A stretch of DNA of 55,867 nucleotides, counting the filler, from Sphacelaria rigidula (lineage: Eukaryota), in NCBI GenBank assembly GCA_964200075.2. It is 4 parts of 4 records of this genome, joined end to end, with 100 filler letters (N's around TTAATTAATTAA, not from the genome) between each part and the next. Parts side by side here need not be neighbours in the genome. Positions count along the whole stretch, not along the records: positions 1 to 13,894 come from CAXNAA020002604.1; positions 13,995 to 27,886 come from CAXNAA020002605.1; 2 more parts are not named here. One strand, written 5' to 3'. The stretch's first letter is position 1. Every line of letters begins with the position of its first letter. Of the stretch, positions 12,541 to 25,636 are shown in pieces. The translations under genes were made by a program, and so were the position numbers. The notes beneath the pieces are model-generated. The model saw only the letters and a list, made by a program, of their open reading frames with translations, did not search any database and was not told where the DNA came from.

Positions 12541-13894
12541 GCAGACAGACTCTTCTAATAGCGCGGACGTGTTGTTTGACAATGCTGTGCTGTGTACAAC
12601 ACACTATACTGCTGCCGCTGTGAGTGTTGGCGATTGAGTGCTTGTGTTGCTATTTGCACTACAACGAACAACTCATGGCAGATGTTCGTTTCACCGTCGG
12701 ATTGCGAATCCATCAATCATCCATCCTTGGGTCAAAGGGTGGACACCTGTTCCAAGTCTTGATCTTGCTTCTTCAACTACCCATCTTAAAGATTGTTGTT
12801 TCCACCACCCTGTACACTCATCACGGGCGAGGCGTGGTTTGATCACCTTTGATCCCTCCCTCAGCTTCATGCACGTCCCGGTCCCGTGATGCCGGATCGT
12901 GTGGGGTCTACTTCGCAAGGGCGCAAAGTAGATGCCGGGGAGTGTCCGGCACATGCGGAGGGAAGAGACTCATAAAAATAGGGCGACACGTGCACTGCAC
13001 CAAGTCGACAGGAGATTTCAGTGGGTTGGACTCCCACACTGGCCTTGAGCAAAGCTTCCGAGCGCTCGAGGCGCCTACCTCATATGGCTGCTACAAGGCG
13101 GTCTAGCCGAGCCTCCGGGTAATCGGCGCACGAACCCGCTTGCGGGGAAAGCGTTGGGTAAGGGATCTCGGGTGAGGGTTCCTTCTACTTCGAAGGGGAA
13201 AAAAATGCGGGGGGCAATATCCCGCCTGCCTCTGACCTTAGCCATTCTACATCCGGTTAGACCCGAAGGCTCCATTGATCGGTGCTCTTTCCCGATACCA
13301 TCTGCAGTGTCGGCGTCGGTTCGTTGCCGCAGAAAAATTTCGTGCCCATATTCCGTGTTTTTTATCGACTGACTTGATGTGACTTAACTTACTCGCCAAT
13401 AGGACATTCATGGGTCAAGGACGCAGGTATCACTCGCAACTCCAGAGAGCTCTACAAATCCAACCGTTTAAAGTGACCCAACCGAACTCCAACATCATAG
13501 CGTGCGAAGAACACTATGACGTTGAAGTGCAGAATCAATTACTGGATCTGATCGCTACAACATCACCATCAGCCGGGGTTGGTCCCTGAAGACTACAATA
13601 AAACAAAACCAAACGAAAGAGCACCCTGCCTGTATCAGGCAAGGACTAGAAAGTATCCACGTCAAATATGTCACTTGTCATCGCTTCCAAATCGTCCTTT
13701 CCTCAGAATCCCACCAATATCTTCCCGGAGCCCCCGTCGTCATTTGTCCCCCTCCAAACGTATAATTCATTCAACACTTTACAGTCAGTGATGATGTGTC
13801 GGCGCAAATCCCCCCCCCCCCCCCCCCACAACACACCACCCCCCACCCCCGAACACCCGCCCCCACACAACACAAAGCACCGAAAAGCAAACAC

Positions 13895-13994
13895 NNNNNN
13901 NNNNNNNNNNNNNNNNNNNNNNNNNNNNNNNNNNNNNNTTAATTAATTAANNNNNNNNNNNNNNNNNNNNNNNNNNNNNNNNNNNNNNNNNNNN
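13895..13994. other. Artificial scaffold-joining spacer (N44-TTAATTAATTAA-N44)
   Basis: Exactly 100 nt with a stop-in-all-frames linker; identical to the spacers at 27887 and 41879. Confidence 0.97.
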
Positions 13995-14072
13995 CGGCTG
14001 ATGCGCCCATATATACCGAAAGGTGTAGACTGGTGCCCAGAATAAATGGGACGACAAAACACACACAAACAC
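13995..14072 (+). mobile_element. 3' end of tRNA-derived SINE family B
   Basis: CATATATACCGAAAGGTGTAGACTGGTGCCCAGAATAAATGGGACGACAAAACACAC matches the reverse complement of 49720-49785. Confidence 0.8.
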
Positions 14073-15028
14073 TGATCAACCGTCGATCCACCCGCTGTCG
14101 TGATAAAAATTTCAGAACGACAAGGTACAAGCGAAGTTTGTCGTACCTGCGCTGCTGTAGACGGCAAACTTCAATCGTACAGTCTAAATATATCAAGTGT
14201 TTCTTTGTTGTAAACTCCACATAATAGAACTAATATAAAAACACTTGGTGACGACAAGCAGCACAACACCTCCAGATGAACTGGACAACTGGCGCTCTCG
14301 TAGCTATTTTCAGTTTAACTCCAGTTACAATAAAGATATACAGTATGAACTGGTCAACTTTCCAGCCTAGTTAATGCATGTGCTCGGTGTACTTTCCCGC
14401 AGGAGTTCACATCACCCATTTTCAGCCCACGATTCAACACACATGGGGAACGGGGCGCTAGAAGGGGGCCTCCCTCTTTTTTTGTGTTGGCGCAATACAA
14501 CACACTCCTACATGCTATACTTGCCTGTACAGAATGCTGAAGTTACTAGCACGCCGGTGGTTATTCCACTGTAAGTTCATCGAGGAGTATTGTAACCTGA
14601 TTACCGAAAGCAAACTATTATCCCATGTCCTCTCTTTTCCACCTACTCGACATCGTTGCTTTTAACACCCGTTCGTCACGCATTTGCTAACAGTACACCT
14701 ATGTTTCCTTCCGTATTTTCCTCGCTAAACTTTTTGCAACCGTCCCTTCGTCCTTCTCCCCATTCCTTCAACATCGACAGGTGCTCTGTGTGCACTACCC
14801 GCGCGTCTGTATCCCAGGAGACAAATCCAGTCCCGAAGGGCGCCAGGAAACAGGTCCCCTTCCTCTGCCTTGCGTGTGGCGTGGACATCGGGGTCAGCAC
14901 TCCACACCATCGAGCTCCTGCCGGATTTCCAACGGCACTTGTTGCAGGAGAAAGAGATGTTCGCCTCGAGGAATGACAACTCCACACCTCGGAAAATACC
15001 GCAGGTCAATACTTATTCTCCCTCCCCT

Positions 15029-15108
15029 GCTCCGTCTCGAAAGGGATGCGTGGTCAATGGTCAAACGACTAAGGCAAGCAACAAATGAGTACGCCCCCCC
15101 CCCCTCCC
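15029..15108 (+). mobile_element. Short 3' end of poly(C)-tailed LINE, type A
   Basis: GCTCCGTCTCGAAAGGGATGCGTGGTCAATGGTCAAACGACTAAGGCAAGCAACAAATGAGTACG followed by a C run. Same sequence ends the LINE copies at ~50260 and ~52550. Confidence 0.8.
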
Positions 15109-15971
15109 AGAGGCGACCCCGTGACGCCACCGAGCACAACCGACCCTCCACCCGAAAAGAAGAAACCTAATGCTGCCCGACGGGGTACCCGACCCATGGC
15201 TACTAGGAGCGGAGCCGGAAACTGAACCACCGTTCACGGTAAGTACCACAACTACACATTCCTTTCCCCGTTCACCCCCCTCTCCACCATGTATAGTCCC
15301 ATTTTCATGCTGCTCTCTCCCGCCTTCAGTGCTTGATTTCATCGGTGACAGCCTTTCTTTTCGCTTTCAACATGCCTCCGTGCAATCTGCAGCCTGCACG
15401 CTCGTTCACGTCTCGACGTTCCTTTTCTTTGCCCCTTGCCCACCTTCTTTCAACCGTGACGCGTTCCAAAACCAGATGCCTACACTCGGAACGTGACGGA
15501 CTTCGTCACATCCGACATCATCCATGTCAGCTTCCGACAGCGTCTGTGACTTTTTAGCGGCATCGTTCCTTCTCATATTGGGCTCCGGTTCTTTCGGCGT
15601 TTTGTCGTCTTCTGTACAGTAACGTGGTCAAATCAACTCTTGTTCCCGGTGCTTTGGAGGGGCCGAGATTGGGGGGATGAGGAGTGTCCTAAGTTCTATA
15701 TGGCCTTAGTTTTCAACTATTTCCTACACATGACGAATTTTCTGCTTCTAGGGCTGGAAAATATGAGTTTCTCGAACTTGGATCAGCTCTGGGTAGTTAC
15801 ACCGAACTAATAATAGGGTGATCAACTGACTTGATATTGATGTTGAGCCAAGTCGGTTGATGCTTCGGTGATGAAGCTATTTCCTCATTCCTTGAACCTG
15901 GGATATTTTCCAATATTACTAGGTCTATTACGTGATGGTTTCCAGTGCCTGCGATATGTTGATTGATTACT

Positions 15972-16127
15972 GCGTTTGCTGTTTCTACACGTATATGCAG
16001 CAGTTGGTGGTGATTTGGTCGTCTAGATCGCACGCTGGTAATTTGTCTGAGCGTTTGCTGTTTCTACACGTATATGCAGCAGTTGATTGTGATTTGGTCG
16101 TCTAGATCGCACGCTGGTAATTTGTCA
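15972..16127. repeat. Tandem duplication of ~78 bp
   Basis: GCGTTTGCTGTTTCTACACGTATATGCAGCAGTTG...CACGCTGGTAATTTGTC occurs twice, nearly identical. Confidence 0.9.
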
Positions 16128-19100
16128 GCTTCCAGTATGTTCCTTGCAGTTCGATCGGTTTTTACGGGCTCGTTCTTTTCGTGTACTGTACCGTTTTCGT
16201 GCAAAGGCATTCTCCGTCAACTCTTGGTTTTATGGCCATGGGTGGTAGGCTCCTTGCACCCCGTGACCACGGGTCGGAGAGAAAGACGTAATGTTCTCAA
16301 GGAATTGAGCTCATGTGACGTAAGCTCTAAGAACAGAAGATGACAATACCCCGCCGGTGGGAGTTGAGGTGTAACGTGCCCGTGCCATGTCTTTTGCGCA
16401 CGAATTACACCCGTGCCGTGCCCTTCCCGCCTTTCCGTAAAAAAAAACGAATCCTCAAAGGACGATCACGGCGCCTGAAGGAATCGTGGTGCTATCAACA
16501 TTTTTACATGGAAGGCTGATACAGATGGTGATTGCGAGCACACGATCAATGTTGCAATAAAATGACGCATCCTTGTAGGCGAGCACGTGAGATTTGGCCA
16601 CTTCCATTCATATTTGCCTAGATCTTGTCTCCTTAGCCCTACTGTTTTCTTGAAGCCGGGATGAGTATTGGGGCTTCACCGCCGTGACTCCGTGGTTCCC
16701 GCTGACGTTTGTACGATGCTGGACGGGGTGGAGAACCCTCGCGGCTTTTCATTCGTCTGGTCGCCCGACAACCTACCATATACAGCAAGAAGAACAACTT
16801 TAGCAATATCATTCCACTGTATATGATAGTGTGGGTTTGGAAATATTCAAATGCAAGACGATATTTGGCCACCAGGAACGAGATATGAGTTGTAGATTAT
16901 TTTATTGTCGGATGCATACGTTCAGTTGTCCCCAACACCCTGGACAATGGATGATCGCATTTTCAAAAAATGTATCACGTACGGTATCGACTGTTGCGTC
17001 TTTTGCAATAGATATTTTTTGACGAAGCAATCTATTGTCCAGGGCGTGTATTCCTCATAGACACTCCAGTATCACCCCCATTAGGCGTGCAGCGTGCGTC
17101 GTATTGGAACTTGGAAGTGTTACCTGGCGTGGACAGCCGGAACGAGATGCTTATATTTTAGCCGGAATAAATCCCAGCGAGATCTCATTTTGCGAAGTAG
17201 ATCCTGCGCTTTCATGATCTTGCGAGAAATCATCAAAAGGTTTGCCTCCATTTCCATGAGATCTTCTGTAGGCATCCAAAGTGTCTCCACCACAACCTAT
17301 GGTCACAAGAGGGGAACAGGAAACAGGAGCAAACCTGAAGCAGTCTTTATGGATTCGAGCACGTGTTTCCTAGTCCAATTTCCTTTTTCCGTTCTCCACA
17401 CACTTTCGGTTTCAACGATGTCTTCGTGAGATTCAAAGACTAGCGTTGATTGCGAGTGGGTTCTAGCATTGCTCCAACTTGACCAATTTTTCATTTTGTG
17501 TGTGCTTCCCTTTGCCTGTAACTCTGTCGTGTATTTTACAGTTACACGCCAAGATCCTACTCAGGGATATATATCAAAGGCTTCCTAATCCTTCAGTGAC
17601 AAGTTACTAAAGAAAGCGTATCGTGACTCGTACAAGGCCCGGAGGGGCATTTTGGAACTGAAACTATTTCATCCATTAACTGACCGCTTGTCACTCTCGA
17701 TCGCATCCTAGACTCCCAATCTCACGAAAACATTGTTCTTCGTATTCTGCGCCATGTTCTCCACTCCGTTCGTGTGTACAACACTCAAATTAGTATAACT
17801 CGAACGCACAACACAATGTTGTAATATTTGATGTGAGGCACGGAATTTTGTAACAGTTGATCGATCCATCGTCCCAGTGGTTTGTTTGCCTATACGAAGA
17901 AAAGTTTGCGATCAGTTGGTTGTGACTGCTGACGCCAAGACCACGAGATTGGGCAGATCAATGATTGCTGTGCAGAGGGTCAAAACAAATCAATCATGCG
18001 TACAAACTCCTCCAAAGGCGCACTTCTCTTCTGTCCCCACTAAGACTACCTTGATATGCGTGAACCACAGGAACCGAACCACCCCGGCCTTACCGTCTGT
18101 CCTTCGCCCTTTCTAATTTCTCGTAGCTTCGCTTCCATATCATGCAATCGTTCTTTGTGTGTCGTGATCTGTTGCTGCAAAAGCTTGGTCTCCCTGCGGC
18201 ACAGTTATAGATAAAAAATTGTAAGGGCGATCGTCCTTCGGGGTCGTTTGATGACTCAAGGAGAGCATGCGAAGAGTCTGTATTCCGGATAACTCTCAGG
18301 TATCAACGATGGAACTGAGGATGACCCTAGGAGTAGGAGTGAACCACATTGATTCCTGGGTCACAACGTCCGTTGAGATGAAGAGGACGGAATATGTCGC
18401 AAGAAATTACTACATCACTTCCGTGCCCATTCCCTTCTCCGCTGCGACAACAATATCCCAGACTGATGATCGTGCCTTCCTAGTGTTTTATTGGTCCAAT
18501 CCCACACCTTGCGTTTGCGGACTTTCTGCACAACATCAACGAAAGTCATTCCACCGAGATTCCCAGCAGATTTTCTCATCATTCCACAGACCTGATGGCC
18601 CAACTTTCTGGTGACATAGCCCTATTCTGCTCGAAGCTTTGATCTCTCAAGTCATAGTCAGCGTCGGTTCCGGATGCATCTCCCTGAACGTCAGAAAGCG
18701 ATAATCCGATACGAAGAGGTCAGGTTAGTCCAGTCATTGCAGTTTACAAATACTTGAGAGAGAGCGAATGAAAATCCTGGCACTATTTTTACCTGGGTAT
18801 GTAGTATGCTCTGCTCTCGAATTTTTCAACGCGCCTTAGTACAACATCAGAATGTGCTGCGTAGCTATGCTCTGAGTCCAGAATCACGACTGTGAACGAG
18901 ATAGGACGCAACAATTTTTTGGTAAATATCAGGGACTCTCTTTGCAGAAGTTACAGGTTAATTCACAGTAGATGGCCCGGTTTTAGGGCACAAACATCGA
19001 CGATTCATTTCTCGCAGTGAGCAAAGCACTTTCGCCTTCGTAAGCTGGGGGTTTTTTTTACGGCGCGTTCAGTCCGCTGTCTCCACCTTCGTCTATGCAA

Positions 19101-21029
19101 GTGCACCGTTTTGTGCGAGGAACTGGTAGCGGAGTAGGCCAAGCTAACAAACTAGCGAGTTAATATCTCTCATTACATCCACTTCAGATTGGGTCTACGA
19201 CTCCATCGTTCCCTCCTTTATTGATCTTGGGTCTCTTCTCGCTTTCAACGTCATCCTTGATATTGCCCAACTCCAAACGTTCATCACGCTACATCACTCA
19301 ATAGTTTTTTGCGTAAATGCAAATGTTCGGTGAATGTACGGAATTTCTAGTGCTCAGTCCAGGGCTGTAGTAGTTAGTTCTCTTCCTCTAGACTATGCAT
19401 TTACAGGGAGAGGAAGGTCTCACTTTTTTAGCTTGACCAACCGTGTCGAGTTCAGCTTTCAGATTACTGATCCGCATGTCCATCAGCATATTGAGGTGCT
19501 GCAATTCTTGCGTGTGAAGTTCTCCCACGTCGTCAGAGCACGCCACAGTGTCGATGGGAAGCCATCTGCTTGTCCAAACGATTTGAAACGCAAGAGCAAT
19601 TCGTGGCTTCATACTATGTATACAGGAATTTGAGGCAGACTAACAAGTCTTAGAACGCCATCATCTACTCTACCAGACCGAAGAATGGTAATCTACTGGA
19701 CTTGGGAACCTTTTCGGTGAGTTGGAACCGCCCCTAACAGCACTTCTCGGAGAGGGTCCTCGATGCGTTGGCGATGGAAGTGGTAGGTCAATGGGCGCAG
19801 CTATAGCCACGATTTTCTTGGATTGTGCCGCTTGTACCTCGCGCTCATTCTTGCTTCCACTCTCTTCTTTCGTCTGGTGACATTTTGCGAGAGGAACACA
19901 GATAAGCTGATAATTCTCAGTAAGTGCTTTTTTGAGATGGGGTTGAGAGGTAGGACAGATCACACCTCCGTATGTCTTCGGAAACCGGGGGGGATCAGGC
20001 GAAAGACGGGATTCGATTCTCCAAAATTCAGAGGCGGAAGGTAGCGGTATTATCACACACATCACCAAATCTGTGGCAGCAGATATAAATTGACCGCCGT
20101 GTGATAACTTTTGTGTAGTTGACATATGGGTGTTCACTGACCCGCAGTCATACGCTCGGTCGGGGAACAAACCGAGCACTACACGCAGAGAGAGGCATCC
20201 ATCAAGGCAAAAGCACCGTCATTTGGTTAGATTGGGTCGCAGTGGTTAGTGCCTACAAAGATCCCGTCGGGTTAGCTCTTTTTGCAAGGAGAGCTTCCTT
20301 ATGTAATATAGATGAGGTTATCATACAGTAGATGTGTTTGTTGTAGATGTGTTTGGGTTGTTGACACATGAACATATCGTCTATATCAGAGAAGAAAGAT
20401 GTGCAGAAGCAAGCACGCGAGGTGTTATGCCGCTTATTCGACAGGCTACAAAACAGACAGAACCGCATTCATTGCTCCACTGAGTGACCAAGCTTCCGGG
20501 GGTGCGTGTATATGCTACGTGACAAGTACACGTGATTATTAAACGCGCTGGACAATGCAGATATCGTATCAATACTGGGCGAGACAACACGGATCGACAG
20601 TAAGCCCGTTGTTGGAAGCATGAGGACGTAAGTAGCAAAGAAAATTGGCGAAAATCAACGCGGCACGCGAGTGTAAACTCAATCCACGATACAAAACTGT
20701 TGGGCACGTACCGGGGACATTTGGGTTATTTTCTTGAGGCTATGGATTCGTCCCTAGGAAGGGAAGAGATCAACATTGTGAAAAGAAGGAAATGAGATGT
20801 GGCCACGACGGTTTGCTTTCTTGAACTACGCCCTGCGGAAGGGACCACAAGTAAATACCGTCGTACAGAAATTAATAGGAATAGTTGTGATACACGTTTA
20901 GTCAGATGCGTTATTTACATGACTTTACAGCGGTATATTCATGAATCTAGCTTGTGTGAAACTGCCCCAAACACCCATACTCGTACTAAGGCTTTTTCCG
21001 GTGTGAGAATAAGAAAATGTAATCGCCGC

Positions 21030-21245
21030 GCCCCGGTGGTCTGAAGGGTCCACGATTAGGTCGTGAAGATGTGGGTTAGATCCCCGCTGGATGTGTTCAG
21101 TTTGGATTTGTCTGCAAAGTATATGACCTCTGTCGTTGGAAAATGCAAGCCTGTACCCGGGAGGATATGGACTGACTGATCCCTTGAGAATACGGACTCG
21201 TCCCCGAAGAAGGGGGGATTAAAAAGTGTGACGAAACAACAAACA
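21030..21245 (+). mobile_element. tRNA-derived SINE sharing its 3' module with family A but with a different head and body
   Basis: Head GCCCCGGTGGTCTGAAGG...GGGTTAGATCCCC carries A/B-box-like motifs. The 3' part AAATGCAAGCCTGTACCCGGG...CCCTTGAGAATACGGACTCGTCCC...AAAGTGTGAC aligns with family A tails. Confidence 0.7.
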
Positions 21246-22648
21246 TATAGATGTATTGCATATGGTATTTGACCCCATATCGCACGATTCGGTTTATCTG
21301 GAACTCTGAGAGCCACCACATTTCCGGGCGTCAAGTTAGTGTAGGAAAGGTACAGTGTGTGTATATATATACCTTCGTGTTTTTCGCCCTGAACTGAAAG
21401 GCACTGTTTTGGATCAAGTACGCGAAATGGGAAAACCGCGCTACAGACGCCATTTTCACTCGGATTTATCAAAACACAGCACTTGGGGACATGTGCTGCA
21501 CCCGCTCCTCAAGAGGAAGCGGCAAAAAATATTGTTCTCGCCTCATACGGCCTCATACGGCCTCATGTGGCCATGCGCGAAAGAGCCCCCCTCGACCGAA
21601 ACCGGCCTTATCCTAGTTAGGCCAAGTTTCGACAGGTACATCTCGTGCAACCATTATTCTTCCCAGATATATATTTTTGGACAACGCTGCCTACCTTTTC
21701 TCGGCGGGCGTGGACTGCTTACATCACCTGTGTAGTGGCGCATGCGCTATCCAAACTTCCGGCAACAATAACCATGGCATAAAATTGATTATTTGTCGGC
21801 ATCCGTCACTCACCAAACACAGCGACCAATTCTGGGATGTGTTTTCGGAAATGAGACTCGAAGTCCAGCCGCCGATGGCTTGTCAACTAAGTAGTCGGCG
21901 GTTTCGGGGGGATATATGGTGAACAGACGGATCAGGAACATGCACAGTTCTCTCGTGTCGAGTATATCATAATATCGCCTCACTCCTTTATGCCGATTCG
22001 TGTGGAGAGCACACGTGTCGTTGTACAATAGTGGAGAACGTGCTGCCCGTGGCTTCTCATGGCAAGCCTAAGCAGCAGCAGTGCTTCTTCGATGAAAACT
22101 GATTTTACTTTCTACCGGTGACAACGAAATTAATTGCTACATTGTCCGCCTCTCGTTCTCCTTGGAATTACTTCCTGTTCTCATGTCTATCTTCTCCCAA
22201 CCTGCTCTTTCCCATCATTTGAATATTTCGGGTGCTGGGTAAGAACGGAAATTACCGGTGGCCAAGGTGCTCCCGACTTCTTTTCATCTGATTCTCCCCA
22301 GAGTTCATTTTCCGTGGTTTAGTGAGAACGAAATTAGTTTTGATCGGTCGCCACGGAATTACTACACTTGTCTCTACAGGTATATTTTCATTTCTTTTTC
22401 TCGGAGTTTGATTCCGACGTGCACAAATTGGTAGTACTTGCGCAAGAGGTGGGCTCCTCCAGCAGGGAAGCATGTCGTGCCAGTCCTTATTTCTTTTCGC
22501 ATGAGTTTCTACGGCATTAGCAAATTTTCCTGTTTGCCTGTCTGTTTGTCTGTTTGCCTGTGCACATACAATTTCTCGTCCGGGGATTATCCTGTGTCCA
22601 TCCAGTGAGCACTTCGCTTTTATTTCGTTCGAGACCAGTGTGTGAGAG

Positions 22649-22896
22649 GACACTTTCTACGATAGCCCCCCCCAAAACCAGCCCAAAAATATCACGAAAA
22701 TAATTGCCATACAGCGCCTGATGTTTGGGTTCAGGCTGCATGAAGCGGTCCATACTGGGGACATTGACTACAACGAACTCAAGTGTGGGAATTCCCAGCT
22801 GCTCGTTGTGCTCGGCCTTTCCTATTTCGATTCATGTGAAGATTTTGCCTCCCAAAACAACGCACTTTTGGACGGGGGGGTATCGTAGAAAGTGTC
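22649..22896. mobile_element. MITE with 4-bp TSD (copy 2)
   Basis: TIR GACACTTTCTACGATA / TATCGTAGAAAGTGTC. TSD AGAG at 22645-22648 and 22897-22900. Confidence 0.88.
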
Positions 22897-23502
22897 AGAG
22901 GTAGGTTCATTACTTTTCCACAAATTCTAATATCCGTCGAATTTTTTAGTTTTGGTAAGGTGTAAGTTTTTCCCCGCACCGGTTTTCTTGTTTGCTGTCG
23001 TGTTCTGTCTGAAACGTATTTCCGTGTGCTGACTTCGGGTATTTAATCGATGTAAGTTCTAACTGCACGCCGTGAGGGGTTGCGAATAAAAAACATGACT
23101 GTGATACCCAATGCGTTCACGCAGATCCGGTACCTTTGCAATATCCGCCCCAATGCGCAGTGAATCATCTTGTCAATCTTGACTGACGAACTTCTGCGAG
23201 TTTCGTGCACGGGATACCGTTGGGCGCGTGGGTATACACCGGAAGTACCCCCAGTTCTGCAATGGTAGACGATACAAATGCCGATTTGTCCACCTTTTAG
23301 CACTGTAAAGTGTCACGGCGGCCACCTTATGTAGTGCTGTGCAGGCACCGCCCCCCCATCACACGCCTGATGCATGTACCCACCACGCGATCACCCCATG
23401 TAGGATAGGACACTGTTCCAAAACTAACGTGTGTACTCACCTTCGATTGTATAGGTTCAAGTTTATTTCCCAACTCCCGGGGGATATTTCCTTGGTATCC
23501 TG

Positions 23503-23527
23503 TTGTCGTTGCCGTTGCCATTGTCGT

Positions 23528-23577
<50 letters not shown>

Positions 23578-23581
23578 TCGT
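23503..23581. repeat. (GTCGCT)n microsatellite
   Basis: Read directly. Confidence 0.92.
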
Positions 23582-23940
23582 AAGGGTGGATGCCTGGCGG
23601 TGGTCTAGCGCCTCTAACAAGCACTCCTTTAGCGTCCCCAACACCTGACAACCAATCACATTTTCGCGACGAGCGAGAGTCGAAGACCGCGGGAAAGGTT
23701 AAAACTACCGAGTTTGGTCAAGTGAGGAAGTACGACTCCATCTCCCTCACAGTTGCGTCATGTACTACCATAGCATCACATAGAGGGATGGGACGTTAGT
23801 GTTCCGCCTATCAACGATCGTTCATGAGATAGTACAGCCGTATTGGATAGGCATACATTGGAACAGGGCAGCGCCATCGCCCGCTGCGAGCCAGTGAAAG
23901 AAGACGGTAGTCCAAGACAGTTTTGTCGCAGAAAAAGCGT

Positions 23941-23941
23941 A

Positions 23942-23980
<39 letters not shown>

Positions 23981-24000
23981 GCTGCTACTACTACTTATTA
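23941..24000. repeat. (ACT)n microsatellite
   Basis: Read directly. Confidence 0.92.
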
Positions 24001-25636
24001 TCATTACAAGAACAAGAGAAGAGTAGTAGTAATAATAATGGTAATAACTAGAGGTAAGCGGCTGACGCATGTGGCAGCAGCGCCGCAGGTACCGACGCCT
24101 CGGGTCTCGCACGCATGGCGTTTTTGAACAAAATTGCGAGAAACAAAAAAGCAAACCTGACGCTAACTATAAATTATAAGTATAAAGTATAAGCAAATAA
24201 GGATTTCCAGCCCCACCGCAAACCTGATCTTCAGGGGAGCTACGCGGGAGGGGGGGGGGAGGGGGGTCTGGGCTGTTCGACGACATTTTACTGTAAATTG
24301 CCCACTTTTCTTCGTTTCCCCGTATACACTTGATATTAAATTTTATCCTTGACAGGAGGAATCGTGCGTTAAGATGACGCCCCTCCTATTCAGACGCCAC
24401 ATACACTTGCACATCACTAACCCATTCCGGGGCCAAACCTTTTGTTGGAGTGCTTTTCAAGCTTACCCTCAAAAACTGCAGAAATCGATCATCTTCCGTT
24501 TATTCCGCTGAGCGCGGGACGCGCCCTGGAAACGGTTATAACCTGGTGGATGCATTTGGGTTCGAAGCACACAACGAAAAAACTAGCGAACAGGCTCCGG
24601 CCTTGAAGTGGGTGTGAAAATAGTATCAAGAGACGTTCTGTGTTGAAAAGTTTCCTTTAAGGGAGATATTTGGGTCAATTTCTCTCTTGTGTGCGTTTGT
24701 CGAGCAGGAGTGATGGGCTTTGTATTCCTGCTGTATGATCTCTTGGCTTTTGCCGCTAGCGGTGGTTCGTCTGTGTACGTGTGCGTGTGAGCTGTGGTGT
24801 TGTGGGTGTGCGTGCCATGGCGTGCGCTATCTGCCGGCTCTGTTGTGTGCGGGTGGATTCAAGAATGGTGTTGGTTGGACCGGTGGGTCAGCACAAATGT
24901 CCTGTGGAACTGGTTCTACTCTGCCGGCAGATTCTGTTGCTCTGTGTCGATCGGTGCAAATTGTTCGCTGGGCAAACTGTGCGCTGCCAGACCTCATTTA
25001 GACAAGAGCGCGTTCTGCGCAAGCTGGGAGTGCCGCTCCCATTAAAGTCTCAGATTTCAGTGTCCACACTATGATCAAGTCGGGACAATCTCACCCTACG
25101 AAGTGGTGAACTCTACTATAACGAAGAACCACAAAACTGACTCCGGAAGAGAAGTTCAAATTCACTCGAAAATATACAGAGATATGATTTTTTCGACCCG
25201 GGAAGCAGATCTAGCCTCCGGCAACGCCAACCACATAACCTCGCGAATGGCGAAGGAAGAGGCCAGAGAAGATCTCGGATTTCCACCATGCAAGACCCCG
25301 ACGTATGGTACTACTGGTCGATGGTGGGACCAGTTGCCCTCACCCTCCACGCCTCCACTGTCGACAGCGTCGAAGCCCTCCCCGTCCCCACGGGATGAAG
25401 GCTGCGACATCGACATCACGGCTTCCCCCCCGATTTCCCGTAAAACAAAATCACGATGCGAACACCTATAATTCATAGAAAGAAACAAAGAGCGCCCAGT
25501 GTTTATTAAACACCATCCCTGACAGGAAAAGAAATCGTTCATCTTGGGACGGTGCGGTGCAAGCTGCGAGGGGTTGGTGGGCATTGTGTGCGGTGCAAAC
25601 AATCGGTGAGGAGTAAGTACTGGACTGACGGCCTGT

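Noticed and set aside
10530..13330. LTR/DIRS retroelement or gene between and after the RTE fragments
   Set aside because: No diagnostic motif, LTR or TIR found; left unassigned as old repeat-like DNA.
13939..13950. TTAATTAATTAA as a biological motif or TTAA target site
   Set aside because: Centred in N runs; a synthetic stop-in-all-frames linker.
25162..25465. Minus-strand exon (CSHRDFVLREIGGEAVMSMSQPSSRGDGEGF...)
   Set aside because: Acceptor plausible, but no recognisable domain or partner exon; both strands are open.
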